In this document: positions 8,190 through 18,832 of the stretch, piece by piece
How the letters are laid out: every line of letters starts with the position of its first letter
How positions within the stretch are numbered: the stretch's first letter is position 1
The notes under the pieces: generated by a model
Databases searched by the model: none
What the model was told of the DNA's origin: nothing
Seen by the model: the letters and a program-made list of their open reading frames with translations, nothing else
Made by a program: the position numbers and the translations under genes
NCBI GenBank assembly: GCA_963804505.1
Contig: CAWDQP010000007.1
Location: forward strand, 132,826-196,825
Direction: 5' to 3'
DNA: 64,000 nucleotides
Source of the DNA: an uncultured Thermoplasmata archaeon
GTDB taxonomy: Archaea; Thermoplasmatota; Thermoplasmata; Lutacidiplasmatales; UBA184

Positions 8190-8901
8190 CTATTTCGAGC
8201 CGCCCTCATTCGGGTGGACGAGCTGGTCCATCTGCTCGACGTCGAGGAGGTGTCCGAGCTTCTTCTTCTTCGTCTCCAAGTACTCTCGGTTCTGCGCCGT
8301 CGGCGGCACGACGACGGGGATCCGTCCGACGATCTTCACACCGTGCCGGCGCAGGTCCTCCACCTTCTCGGGGTTGTTCGTGAGGATGCTGATCGACTCG
8401 ACATGGAGCGACGCGAGCATGTGGGCCGCAACCTCGTAGTCCCGCTCGTCCGGCCGGAACCCGAGCGCTTCGTTCGCCTGGACCGTATCGTACCCCGCGT
8501 CCTGGAGCTGGTAGGCCTTGATCTTGTTCGCGAACCCGATCCCCCGGCCCTCCTGGCGTAGGTAGAGGACCACGCCCGCCTCCTCGCGCCCGATCTTCTC
8601 GAGCGAAGCGATCAGCTGGTCCCGGCAGTCGCACCGGAGCGACCCGATCGCGTCGCCCGTTAGGCACTCGGAGTGGATGCGGACCAGGACGTTCTCGCGC
8701 CCAAACACGTTGCCGTGGACGAACGCGGCATGGTCACGTCGCGCCCCGCTCGTTCCAGAAGGCGACGACCTGATACTCGCCGAACCGGGTCGGCAGGTCC
8801 GCGACGGCGACGATCCGGACGCAGGTCTCGGGGGCCCCCGAGCAGTCGTGCGTCCGGCTCTCCTCGAGGAGCTGGTCGACGGTCTCGCGTGATAGACTCA
8901 T
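8190..8901 (-). CDS. ribA: GTP cyclohydrolase II, 1 apparent frameshift
   Basis: ORF 8190..8708 has VRIHSECLTGD...LRCDCRDQL...YLRQEGRGIG. The N-terminus MSLSRETVDQL...LPTRFGEYQVVAFWNER is in another frame starting at the ATG at 8901, with an indel near 8736. Confidence 0.9.
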
Positions 8902-9021
8902 CCGGAAGCGGCAAAGAGGGAGCGGGATAAAGCGCTCGGTTACGTCCGTGCTACCGGGCGGGTGGGGGGGCGCCCCCCTCCGAGGGGCCCGGACACCGAC
9001 ACACGTCCTCGGCGGCCGGCC

Positions 9022-9390
9022 TCACCGCCGGGTCTTCGCGCCCCGGCTCGACTCCGCCCGCAATCGGGGCAGGTTCGCGTTCCAGTCGCGCGGAGCGACT
9101 GCCCCGGCCGCCGCGATCTCCGCGACCAGGATATCGATCATAGGGTCCGACCAGAGCCCGCGCGTGTCCTCGCCTTCCCCGCCGGAGCTCGCTCCGGAGG
9201 TCCCCGACGGCCGCCAGATGTGCGTCGCGTCCGGCACTCCGCCGGAACCCCGAATGGCGACGTTCGAACCGTGGGGCCGCACGCAGATGTGGTAGCCCGG
9301 ATGGCCGTCCACGAAAAGGCAACGGGCGTTTGCCTCGCGGAACTCGCACTGGCTACGGCGGACGGCGCTGATATCGGACGGGACGGACAC
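9022..9390 (-). CDS. Hypothetical protein
   Basis: 122-aa ORF with plausible composition in its first ~100 aa. No family recognised. Confidence 0.35.
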   Translation of the reverse strand: MSVPSDISAVRRSQCEFREANARCLFVDGHPGYHICVRPHGSNVAIRGSGGVPDATHIWRPSGTSGASSGGEGEDTRGLWSDPMIDILVAEIAAAGAVAPRDWNANLPRLRAESSRGAKTRR

Positions 9391-9516
9391 GGTCGACCTC
9401 CTACGACGAGAATGCCATCGGGGGACGATAAGCGATGTTCCCCACGGGCGGGAGGAGGTTGTTCGCGTCGGCCCTCTTCGAACCCGCCCGTGGTCGGGGG
9501 GTGCCGCCCGTTGACC

Positions 9517-9843
9517 CTACGTGCCGGGATAGTAGAAATCGAACTTCCCGCAGCCCTGGCAGTAGTAGAGGCTGAACGGCAGCACGGTCTCGGCGGGCGA
9601 GCTGGTGCTGCCGGTGAGGAAGTCCACCGAGCCCGTGAAGCCGAACGTTCGCAGGTTGAAGTGGCCGACCCACCGCATCTGCGCGTGGCAATTCACGCAC
9701 GTGCGCGGAGGGGCCGCCGGTGCCGGGGGCGGGCTCTGGGTCGCGGTAGCGGGAGTCCCGGCGACCGGCGTGCCGCAGGACGGGCAGACCGCGCCGTTGG
9801 CCGGGATGGGCTTACCGCACCGCGTGCAGAACGTCGCCGACAC
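9517..9843 (-). CDS. Zinc-ribbon domain protein (N-terminal CxxC..CxxC, P/A linker, second Cys4 module)
   Basis: 108-aa ORF: FCTRCGKPIPANGAVCPSCG ... CVNCHAQMRWVGH...YYCQGCGKFDFYYP. Confidence 0.7.
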   Translation of the reverse strand: MSATFCTRCGKPIPANGAVCPSCGTPVAGTPATATQSPPPAPAAPPRTCVNCHAQMRWVGHFNLRTFGFTGSVDFLTGSTSSPAETVLPFSLYYCQGCGKFDFYYPGT

Positions 9844-10393
9844 GAGGAGACCACGGGCTTACGTCCGATTGAGCCTTGCGCCCAGCGCCGGGACGCTCGA
9901 GACGCCGTACGGTTGCCTTCGCGCCGGTTTGGCGCACTCGGTTACCCCGACGGCCGATGTCAGGGCATGGTACCGGGCGGAGACCCCGAAGAACCGGGGG
10001 GCGAGCGCCACCGGTCGGCGCGGAGACCGCAGGGCCTGCCAGCGGGGGTGTCGGGGGTACGGAGTACCCCACGGGTTCGACCTGCAGCGACTTCGGCTTG
10101 ACCCGGACTTGGATCGTTTCGGATTTGGGCGTAATGAGGTTCCAACCGCCCTTGAGAATGGAGGCACCGACAAGGTATTCGATGCCGAGGAACGTGAACG
10201 CTTCGAGGAACCGGCCGTTGAAGGTGATATTGAACGAACCGTTACCGCCCCCGCCGGTGGCATGGACGACGTTGTACGTGCCGGAGGGGGGAGACTGCGT
10301 GTATTCGTACGCCTGGTAGAAGCCGAACAGGAGTATGCCGAGACCGATCGCCAGCAGCGCCGTACCTATCGACTTCTCGTATGCGCGATCCAT
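9812..10393 (-). CDS. Hypothetical membrane protein; 3' end uncertain
   Basis: Internal ATG of ORF 9812..10588: MDRAYEKSIGTALLAIGLGILLFGFYQAY (TM), a second hydrophobic segment FTFLGIEYLVGASIL, and an Arg-rich tail suggesting a frameshift. Confidence 0.5.
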   Translation of the reverse strand: MDRAYEKSIGTALLAIGLGILLFGFYQAYEYTQSPPSGTYNVVHATGGGGNGSFNITFNGRFLEAFTFLGIEYLVGASILKGGWNLITPKSETIQVRVKPKSLQVEPVGYSVPPTPPLAGPAVSAPTGGARPPVLRGLRPVPCPDIGRRGNRVRQTGAKATVRRLERPGAGRKAQSDVSPWSPRVGDVLHAVR

Positions 10394-10536
10394 CGGGGCG
10401 AACCTCTGCGGGTCCCCTTCTTCAATCCTCGTGTGGACTCGTTTCGCGGGAGACGACGAAGCTCGAGGTGCCAAAGCGGGACCGACAACGGGTTTCCGGC
10501 GACCCTCAAATGGAAGGACTGGATGGCATCGGACGG

Positions 10537-11508
10537 ATGACCGTCCGCCGATCGGTGCTCGACTGGTTGCGCGAGCCGTCGCAGCCATCCATGCAGGTGC
10601 TCGCCCTCACGGACCTGCTCGGCCGAAATGCGTCCGATAAGATCGTTCGGCCCGCCCGTCAAAACCTGACGCGGACCGGCTGGGCCGCCGATCTGCTCGC
10701 CGAGCGCAACGCCGAGCACGCATGGGGCGACCCGAGCCACCTGTACGGTCCGAAGTACCACGCGACCAACTGGAAACTTCTCGTGCTGGCGGACCTCGGC
10801 GTGACGCGCGAGGACGATGCGGTCCGGCCCTCCTCCGACCTCTGGCTCAACGCCTTCGCCCGCCCGGACGGCGGGTTCGGTACCAGCGGCCGGAACAGTC
10901 ACGTGTGCGTGACCGCGAATACCGCGCGCGCCCTCGTGCGGTTCGGCTACGAAGACGACCGCCGGGTACGGAGCGCGTTCGACTGGCTGGTGGACGACGC
11001 CGACCCCAAGGGAGGATGGTCGTGCTACGGGTCGGGCCGCCTGCTCGACACGTGGGAACCCCTCAGCGCCTTCGCCGCGCTGCCCCGGGCCCGCTGGACG
11101 GCCTCCGCGCGAGCGTGCGTGGAGCGGGGCGCCGAGTTCTTTCTCCAGCGCGAGCTCCACCGGCAGGGCACGAGCTACCGACCCTGGTCCCGGACGCACT
11201 ACCCGTTCCACTACTACTACGACATGCTGGTCGGGCTCGACTGCCTGACCGCGCTCGGCTACGGGAACGATCCTCGCCTCGGATACGCGCTCACTTGGCT
11301 CAAGAAGAAGCGGCGACCCGACGGCCGATGGAACCTGGATGCGATCCACCCGGATGTCGAAGGCGGCATGGCCAAGTGGTACCGCGCCCATCCCTACCAG
11401 AAGCCGACCCCGTTCGGCCTCGAGACCCCGGGGAAGCCCAGCAAGATGATCACGTTCCTCGCGGCCCGCGTGCTCGCGCGGGTCGACCTCGCTTCGAAGG
11501 GTTCGTGA
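10537..11508 (+). CDS. Prenyltransferase/squalene-cyclase-repeat (alpha/alpha toroid) family protein
   Basis: ORF 10381..11508; likely start at ATG 10537 (or 10510). Repeated DGGF/GGW motifs (RPDGGFG, DPKGGWSC, RPDGRWN). About 45% identical by eye to 44275..45243. Confidence 0.7.
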   Translation: MTVRRSVLDWLREPSQPSMQVLALTDLLGRNASDKIVRPARQNLTRTGWAADLLAERNAEHAWGDPSHLYGPKYHATNWKLLVLADLGVTREDDAVRPSSDLWLNAFARPDGGFGTSGRNSHVCVTANTARALVRFGYEDDRRVRSAFDWLVDDADPKGGWSCYGSGRLLDTWEPLSAFAALPRARWTASARACVERGAEFFLQRELHRQGTSYRPWSRTHYPFHYYYDMLVGLDCLTALGYGNDPRLGYALTWLKKKRRPDGRWNLDAIHPDVEGGMAKWYRAHPYQKPTPFGLETPGKPSKMITFLAARVLARVDLASKGS

Positions 11509-11576
11509 CTCCCCCGTCGAGCCCCGCGGCCCGACCCGTGAGCCGGGCTAATGAACGGGCGCGTACATGGTCGACC

Positions 11577-11957
11577 ATGGCGCGCGCTGCGGATCCGTCC
11601 TGGCGAAAGTTGACGAAGCAGGAGGAGGCCGTCATCGTACACCGGGGGACGGAGCGACCGTTCAGCGGAGAGTACGAGCACACGACGGCCCGCGGCACCT
11701 ACTCGTGCCGGCGATGCGGAGCCGCCCTCTACCGGTCCGACGACAAGTTCGACGCGCGATGCGGGTGGCCGAGCTTCGACCAGGAGATCGAGGGAGCGGT
11801 CAAGCGAATCCCGGACGAGGATGGCGAGCGCGTCGAAATCCGGTGCGCGCGGTGTGACGCGCACCTGGGACATGTGTTCCTAGGCGAGGGGTTCACGTCC
11901 CGTAACACACGCCACTGCGTGAACTCGATCTCGCTCCTTTTCACGCCAGCGCCGTAG
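11577..11957 (+). CDS. msrB: Peptide-methionine (R)-S-oxide reductase
   Basis: 126-aa C-terminal part of ORF 10722..11957 from ATG 11577: YSCRRCGAALYRSDDKFDARCGWPSF...RCARCDAHLGHVF...RHCVNS. Confidence 0.92.
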   Translation: MARAADPSWRKLTKQEEAVIVHRGTERPFSGEYEHTTARGTYSCRRCGAALYRSDDKFDARCGWPSFDQEIEGAVKRIPDEDGERVEIRCARCDAHLGHVFLGEGFTSRNTRHCVNSISLLFTPAP

Positions 11958-12038
11958 GGTTGACACGGGCGCCCCGGGATTCGCCCGGGGAAACCCGGGC
12001 TCACCGGGGCCCACTGACCCGGGCCCGACCGGCTCACC

Positions 12039-12206
12039 CTACTTGACGATCGTAGAGAAGGTGTACTTCGCGGCCTCGGTGTGGGTCATCAGGTGCTCCC
12101 CGATGTCGTCGCCGCGCAGCGACTGAAAGCCGCAGACGAGGCAGCGGTACAGGACGAGTTCCACGGGCCGCGGGCCTACGACATCGACTGGGGGAGGAGG
12201 CGCCAT
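12039..12206 (-). CDS. Small C2H2-type zinc-finger protein
   Basis: Last 55 codons of ORF 12039..12533 from ATG 12206: YRCLVCGFQSLRGDDIGEHLMTH. Confidence 0.55.
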   Translation of the reverse strand: MAPPPPVDVVGPRPVELVLYRCLVCGFQSLRGDDIGEHLMTHTEAAKYTFSTIVK

Positions 12207-12241
12207 CGAGCCGTGGCACCGACGAGGGGTGCGAAATAGGT

Positions 12242-13800
12242 TTGCCTCGACCCGTGACGGAGCGTTACGCGGGCGACGCGGCGGCCCGGGGGCGCGTACA
12301 GGTGACGTCCGCCCCGGGGCGGACCCAATATACGACGGTCGGTCTAGAGAAGTCGGACCTCCTCGCCGTGAGCGCTTTCCGCTACGATCGGCAGCCGATC
12401 GAAGAGGATCAAGGCGCGGCCCGCGCTGCCGGTTTCGGAGAGATCCTCCACGCGTACACGAAAGAAGAGGCCGTCCTCGAAGCGCAGCGGTGCCTCGACT
12501 GCGCGATGCCGTTCTGCGTGCAGGCGTGCCCAATCACGCAGGATTGCCGGGGGTACATCCAACTCATCGCCCTGGAGAAGTTCGACGACGCCGCGCGCCT
12601 CACGATCCGCGAGAACCCCCTCGCCACCGTCCTCTGCAAGACGTGCTACCACTACTGCGAAGAGGACTGCGTTATGGGCGGGAAGGGAACGCCGATCGCG
12701 ATCCGCCATCTGAAGCGCGCCGCGCTGGAGTTCGGGAAGTCGGACCTCCTCTACGTCGCGAGCGCCCCGCGAGACCAGCGCATCGCGGTGATCGGCGCCG
12801 GGCCGCCGGGCTCGCCGCTTCCTGGGAGCTTGCGCTGCGAGGGTATCCGGTGACCGTGTTCGAGCAGCAGAAATTCCTCGGCGGCCAGATCGAGACGATC
12901 CCGAAGTACCATATGGACGGGCCGGAGCTGGACACGGACCTCGCCCGGTTCCGCAACCTCGACGTGACGTTCGTCGTCGGGAAGCAGGCGGGCGTCGATT
13001 TCACCCCGGAAAGCCTGCTGGCCGAGGGCTATCGGGCGGTCTACGTGGCGATCGGCGCCTCCGATCCACGCGCCCTCGGGATCCCGGGAGAGCATCTCCC
13101 CGGCGTCTTTCCCGCCTTACCGTTCCTGCTCGCGGCGAACAAGGGCCCCGACGGGCTGCTCGGCCGGAAGAATCGACGAACGGTCGTGGTCGGCGGGGGC
13201 GACGTGGCGATGGACGCGGCGCGGACGGCCCTCCGGATGTTCGAGGGCGACGAGGTGACCTTGGTCTACCGCCGCGGCCGGCAGGCTATGCCCGCGGTCC
13301 TCGAGGACGTGAACCAGGGGGAGGAAGAGGGTCTCCGATTCCTTCTCGAACGGGCGCCGGTCCAGATCCTCGGTACACGCCAGGTGGAGGGGATCGTCCT
13401 GCAGCGGGTCGGGGCGGGCCCGCCCGACGGCGCGGGAAAGCCCACGACCGTGCTCGTACCGGGCACGGAGGAGACGCTCCCGTGCGACACCGTGATCGTC
13501 GCGGTCGGCGAGCAGGCCGACCTGCGCGGCTTTCCCCAGGAGCTCAACCTGGCCCCGTCGGGGCACCCGTGGCCCCAGGGCCACCGACCCGACTGGGCAA
13601 CCGACGTGGAAGGTGTCTTCGCGTCGGGCGGAAAGTCCGTGGTCTACGCGATGGCCGCCGGCACGAAGGCGGCGGAAGCGATCGACGCCTACCTGACGAA
13701 GAAGGACGGTCGCCCGCCGACCCCGCGCCCTGACCCCTTCGGGGGTCCGATCCCGCCGGAGCTCCCGAGCGGCTACGGCGGACCGACCTGGCACCTCTGA
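12242..13800 (+). CDS. Glutamate synthase small-subunit-like NAD(P)H:FAD oxidoreductase (GltD/SudA family), 1 apparent frameshift
   Basis: ORF 12242..12853 (CLDCAMPFCVQACP..., IAVIGAGP) continues in ORF 12229..13800 (AGLAASWELALRGYPVTVFE..., VVVGGGDVAMDAAR) after an indel near 12800. Confidence 0.88.
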
Positions 13801-13861
13801 CCCGGGCGGGTACCACTCCGAACGCTCCGGGCCGAACCCGCCGCCGTCGGCGTCCCCAATC

Positions 13862-13869
13862 CTTAATCC
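13862..13869 (+). promoter_or_regulatory. TATA-box-like element upstream of 13897 CDS
   Basis: CTTAATCC ends 27 nt before the ATG at 13897. Confidence 0.3.
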
Positions 13870-13896
13870 GCGTCCCGACTAGCCGACTCGATTCCG

Positions 13897-14418
13897 ATGC
13901 CGACCAAGCGTTCTCCGAAACGAACCCGCAAGGGCCTCGCCGCGGTCCCGCCGGGGTATCGGACCGTCACCCCCTACCTCTCGGTCGAAGGCGGAGCCGC
14001 CGCGATGAAGTTCTACGAGAAGGCGTTCGGCGCCCGCCGGCTCTCCGAGGTCCTCACCCCGGACGGCAAGCTCGTCCACGGGCGGGTGCGGATCGGCGAC
14101 TCGATCGTGATGATGTCGGACGTCTTCGAAGGAGCCCGCACCGCCTCGCCGTCCCGACTCGGGACGTCCACGGTCACGCTCCACATCTACTCGAAGAACG
14201 TCGACGCGCTCTGGGCGAAGGCGGTCGCCGCCGGAGCGAAGGTCGCGATGCCGTTGGAGACGCAGTTCTGGGGCGAACGGTACGGACAGCTGATCGACCC
14301 GTTCGGCCACCACTGGTCGCTCTCGATGCGCGTGGCGATGACCCGGGCCCAACGCGACGCGATGCGCCGGGATGCGATGGCCGCGTTCTCGAAGGACCAG
14401 CACCCCGGTACGGGTTGA
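13897..14418 (+). CDS. VOC-family protein (PhnB-like) with a basic N-terminal tail
   Basis: Intact 173-aa ORF: TVTPYLSVEGGAAAMKFYEKAFGA...HGRVRIGDSIVMMSD...FWGERYGQLIDPFGHHWSL. Confidence 0.85.
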   Translation: MPTKRSPKRTRKGLAAVPPGYRTVTPYLSVEGGAAAMKFYEKAFGARRLSEVLTPDGKLVHGRVRIGDSIVMMSDVFEGARTASPSRLGTSTVTLHIYSKNVDALWAKAVAAGAKVAMPLETQFWGERYGQLIDPFGHHWSLSMRVAMTRAQRDAMRRDAMAAFSKDQHPGTG

Positions 14419-14501
14419 TCGGGCGGCGCAGGGGCCCAAACTCCGGCCTCCCCGCGCGAGGCTAAGAGCCCGCGGCGCTGGCACGCCGTGGGAGCGGTTC
14501 G

Positions 14502-14883
14502 ATGGTGCGACCGGTCGCGGCGGCCGTTCTCACGATCGTCGGCGGCGTGTTCATCGCGTTGGGGGGGCTCGTCCTCGCCCTCTTCGGCACGATCCTCGCG
14601 GTCCTCCTCGGGATCCACAGCGGATGGTTCTTCCTCGGGCTCGCCATCGGGCTGGTCACGATCCTCCTCGGGGTCCTCATGCTCGCCCTGCCCCCCGCCC
14701 GGTCGGCGCTTCGGGATCGTCACGATCGTTCTTGCCGTCCTGAGCATTCCGTTCGCCTTCGGCGGGTTCGTGGTCGGTTTCCTCCTCGCCCTCGTGGGCG
14801 GTACGCTCGCGGTCCTCTGGAAGCCGACGGGGTACGTCGGCGGGGGCGCGCCGCCCTCGGGTGCCGCGCCGCCCTGGACCTGA
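14502..14883 (+). CDS. Small integral membrane protein, 1 apparent frameshift
   Basis: ORF 14502.. (3 hydrophobic helices) joins ORF 14488..14883 (FGIVTIVLAVLSIPFAFGGFVVGFLLALVGG) near 14695. Confidence 0.55.
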
Positions 14884-14967
14884 GGCGGCAGCGTCCCTCG
14901 AGCGTGGGAACCTGACCGAATCCCCTCTCTCCGCGGGGCCGCGGTCCTTCGCGTACTCCGTCCGTCG

Positions 14968-15550
14968 ATGAGCGTCCTCACCGACCTCGGTTTTGGTCTT
15001 CTGCTCGGCTTCTCGCTCACGATCCCGCCTGGGCCGATGAACGCGCTCATCGCGTCCGTCTCCGCCCGGGGCTATCGGGGAGGGGTCGTGACCGGTCTGG
15101 GCGCGATGAGCGCCGACCTCATCCTGGGCGGCCTCGTGTTCGCCCTCGACAGCGTGGTTCGCCTCGCCCCCGTGGTCCGGTGGGTCTACGCCGTGGGAGC
15201 GGTCGTGATGGTGTACTTCGCGTTTCGGCTGTTCCGTACCTCCGCCGAAGAAGGAGGGAACGCGGAGACGAGCGTCGTGACGTTCACGCGCGCGCTGGGC
15301 CTGGGGGTCTCGAACCCGTTCCAGATCGTCTGGTGGATCACCGCCGGGCTGGCGTTCGCGTACCTCGGCGGGCCGGTGCTGCTCGCGGGGTTGTTCGGGG
15401 CGATTGCGGTCTGGGTCGTGTCGTTCCCGCTCGCGATCCACGCCGGGACCCGAAAGTACCCTGGCCGTGCGGCGGCCCATCGCGTGGGGGTCCGCCGCGA
15501 TCCTTCTTGGGTTCGCCGCCTACTTCGCGGTCCTGGCGGTCCACGGCTGA
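14968..15550 (+). CDS. LysE/RhtB-family amino-acid exporter, 1 apparent frameshift
   Basis: ORF 14968.. begins with [15 protein letters not shown]... After GTRKYPG the hydrophobic C-terminus [23 protein letters not shown] is in another frame, with stop at 15548-15550. Confidence 0.8.
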
Positions 15551-16145
15551 CCGCCGGGGACGCCGGCCGGGCTCTCGCCCTTCAACCGCGCCGCGTGCTC
15601 CTTGCGGAACTTGGCGACCTTCGGGGCGATGATCGCCTGGCAGTACGCCCGCTCGGGGTTCCGCCGGAAGTAGTCGCGGTGATACTCCTCGGCGGGGTAG
15701 AACACGGTGAACGGAACGATCTCCGTGACGATCTTCTTCCGCCAGATCCCCGACTCCGAGATCTCGCGGACGACCGCCTCGGCCACCTCGTGCTGCTCGG
15801 GGGAGTGGTAGAACACCGCCGAGCGGTACTGGGTCCCGACGTCGTTCCCCTGCCGGTTCCGGGTCGTCGGATCGTGGGTCGTGAAGAAGATGACGAGAAG
15901 GTCCCGGTACATCACCACCGCGGGGGTCGAACGTCACCTGGACCGCCTCCGCGTGCCCGGTCCGCCCGGTGCAGACGTCCTCGTAGGACGGGTTCGGGGT
16001 CGTGCCGCCTGCGTATCCCGGGTCGACCCCAGTCACGCCCGGCGACCTCCGTGAACACAGCCTCCGTGCACCAGAAGCAGCCCCCGGCGAGAGTGGCCGT
16101 CTCGGTGGTGCCGACGGGGATGCTCCCGCTCGAAGACGTCGTCAT
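15520..16145 (-). CDS. msrA: Peptide-methionine (S)-S-oxide reductase, 2 apparent frameshifts
   Basis: Three frame pieces: [13 protein letters not shown] (ORF 15912..16145), [32 protein letters not shown] (ORF 15338..16036), and [23 protein letters not shown] (ORF 15520..15918). Confidence 0.9.
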
Positions 16146-16207
16146 GGTCGGCCGTTACCAGCCCGGAGGAGGATTTGAACGCGACGTACGCGCGTACGCC
16201 CCGGCCC

Positions 16208-16662
16208 TCACTTGCGGACGACGAACTGGACCTCGGTCCGAGCCCACGCCTTCGCATCGCGCCATGGGTTGCCGAGGTAGACTTCGCGCGAGGAGACGAC
16301 CGCGCGAATCTCGTGCTCCTTGCGGCGCCAGCGCAACCAGTCGCTGAGTCCGTGATAGACGACCCGGGGCGATACCGACGTCCGGGTCGAACTGGACACG
16401 CGCGACCGTACGCGGCCGGAAGGGTCCGGACGTGGACCGGGCCGGAACTCTTCGCGGGGCCCTTGAGCTCGATCGCCGCCTCCCAACGCCGGTCGCCCGG
16501 CTCCCGGAAGATCCAGCGCCCGGTCCGAATCCCTTGGCCCTTCGCCCAGCGCTCGACCTTCTCGAACTGCGCGCGAATGGTGGCTTCCTTCCACGGGCCC
16601 TTCCACGCGATGGCCGCGACCCGGAGCTTCGGCGTCTTTCCCCATCCGAAATCGATCGTCAT
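16208..16662 (-). CDS. GyrI-like small-molecule-binding domain protein, 1 apparent frameshift
   Basis: MTIDFGWGKTPKLRVAAIAWKGPWKE... from ATG 16662 joins ...VVYHGLSDWLRWRRKEHEI...REVYLGNPWRD (ORF 16208..16645) near 16400. Confidence 0.6.
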
Positions 16663-16691
16663 GCTGTACCCGGGGCAGGGCCGCGGGCGCG

Positions 16692-17680
16692 TTAATCGGT
16701 TGCGGACGCCCGGTGGAGGTTCGGGAGCATCGGCAACGGTGCTCCGGTCGGCTCGGCCGCTGGGATGTCGGTGATGTATCCGCCGTAGTAGGGCACGCGG
16801 GTCGTGATCACGGAACGGAACGCGGCACGCAGCGCCGTGTCGTCCAGTCCGCGGGTCGGGACGAGGTCGTCGTTCCGGTTGAGGCACCCCTTGAGCTCGC
16901 CCTTGTGCGTGACCCGGATCCGGTGGCAGTTCGCGCAGAACTCCGGATTGTGCACCGGATCCGACGAGCTCCACCTCGGCGCGGTCGAACAGGTAGACCC
17001 GCCGGTGATGCATCTCCCGCACGAGGACGGTGGACGCGTTCTCTTCGAACCAGCGGCGCACGCTCGCGATGTCCACGCCCCAGTCGCGATGGTGGACGAT
17101 CTCGGGCATGAACTGTATGAGCTGGAGCTTCAGCCCCTCGGTCGTTCCCGACGTAGTCGATCATCGCCGGGATGTTGGCGAGGGTCGAGCGGAACACGAC
17201 CAGATTGATCTTGACCGGCGTGAGCCCGACCCGCAGGGCTTCGCGGACGCCGCGGAGGACGGGAGCGAGCGCGCCGCCTCGGATCGAGCGGAACTGTTCG
17301 GGGTCGATCGAGTCCATCGAGACGTTCACGCGCTTCAGCCCGGCGTCCCGAAGCCCCTCGGCGCGGGCGGCGAGCATCGACCCGTTCGTGGTGAGCGAGA
17401 CGTCCGGGATCTGCCGGACCGTCGCCGCGGTCAGCGCCTCCATGTCGTCCCGCACCAGCGGTTCCCCTCCGGTGAACTTGACCGACCGGATCCCGAGCTC
17501 GCGCGCGACGGCGACCAGGCGCTCCACCTCGGCCACGGTCAGCTCCTCCCCGTGGGGAGCCCGCGGCCGTGCGACGGGGCCGAGACCCTCGTCGTGGCAG
17601 TAGATGCAGCCGAAGTTGCAGCGCTTGGTCACGCTGATCCGGATGTCGGTCACGCCACGACCGAAAGAGTCGGTCAGCAT
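16692..17680 (-). CDS. moaA: GTP 3',8-cyclase (molybdenum cofactor biosynthesis, radical SAM), 2 apparent frameshifts
   Basis: ORF 16808..17680 has CNFGCIYCH...KFTGGEPL...SLTTNG. It continues as [11 protein letters not shown]... (frame of 16033..17109) and then [20 protein letters not shown] (ORF 16692..16955). Confidence 0.9.
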
Positions 17681-17759
17681 TGCGGCCGGGAACAGCCCCC
17701 GGAGGGTAATAGGCGGGACGGGGCGGCCCCACCCCGGTCCCGTGCCGCGCGACGTCCCG

Positions 17760-18831
17760 CTACGCTCGGGGCGATTCGGCTTCGGGATTCTCCTGCAGGG
17801 GTACGCTCGCCGAGAGGGTGTTGCCGCGTCGACGGAACGACAGTTCGACGTCCGAACCGACCGGGAACTTCGAGAGCGATTCGAGCAGCTCCCGGACCGA
17901 ATGGGTCGGGAACGGGCCGACGCCCCCGATCACGTCCCCCGCCTTCAACCCCGCCCGATGCGCCGGCGAACGGGGCACGACTGCCGACGACCAAGAGACC
18001 CGACCGGGGCTCGAGCCCGTGCTGACGGGCCAGGTCGGGACGGAGCTCCGCGACGGTGACCCCCAGCCACGGTCGGACGATCCGGCGGCGGAGCCGTAGC
18101 TCGTCCGTGATCCGGGCCACCGCGTGGAACGGGATCGCGAACCCGACGCCCTGGGCGAACGGGATCATCGCCGCGTTGATGCCGACAACGGACCCGGTCA
18201 GGTCCACGAGAGGCCCACCGCTGTTTCCCGGGTTGATCGCGGCGTCCGTCTGGATCAAGCCCTCGAAGACGAAATCGGAACCGGGCAGCGGCCGCCCGAG
18301 CGCGCTCACGACGCCCAGAGAGACCGTGGGGTCGCCCGGCAGCCCGAGCGCGTTGCCGACGGCCAGCACGACCTGCCCGACCCGGAGCGACTCGGAGTCC
18401 CCGACGTGGGCCGGGACGAGGCCGTCCGCCTCGACGTGGACGAGGGCGATGTCGGTCACCGCGTCCCCGCCCACCACGTCGCCGTCGAGTTCCTGGCCCC
18501 CGGGCAGACGCACCCGCACTTCGGTGGCGCCGTCCACGACGTGCTGGTTGGTGACGAGGTGCCCCGATCGGTCGACCACGATCCCGGTTGCCTGAGAGGG
18601 GTAGGCGAACGGCGGCGCCCCGCGGCGCCGGCCGACTCGCAGGCTCTCGACGACGGCGACGCTCGGTGCGATCGCCTCGACCGACGCGACGATCCTCGCG
18701 TCGAGCTCTTCGAGCCCCACGGTGCACCGCCTACTCGGCCAGGGGCCCGACGCCCCGGCCTGGCCGAGGGATCGTCGGTTCGGGTCCGATCGGCGGGATC
18801 GGGATCGGCGGGAGAGGAGCCACGATCCCAC
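17760..18831 (-). CDS. HtrA/DegP-family serine protease with C-terminal PDZ, 1 apparent frameshift; start uncertain
   Basis: ORF 17674..18831 has GIVVDRSGHLVTNQHVV, DIALV and TDAAINPGNSGGPL. The PDZ part AGLKAGDVIGGV... is in ORF 17760..17978. An alternative GTG start lies at 18720. Confidence 0.88.
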
Positions 18832-18832
18832 C

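Noticed and set aside
11958-12038. GC-rich palindromes (e.g. CCCCGGG-ATTCG-CCCGGGG) between convergent msrB and the small zinc-finger gene, as a terminator
   Set aside because: There is no adjacent oligo-T tract, which is the main archaeal termination signal. Such CCCGGG palindromes are common by composition here.
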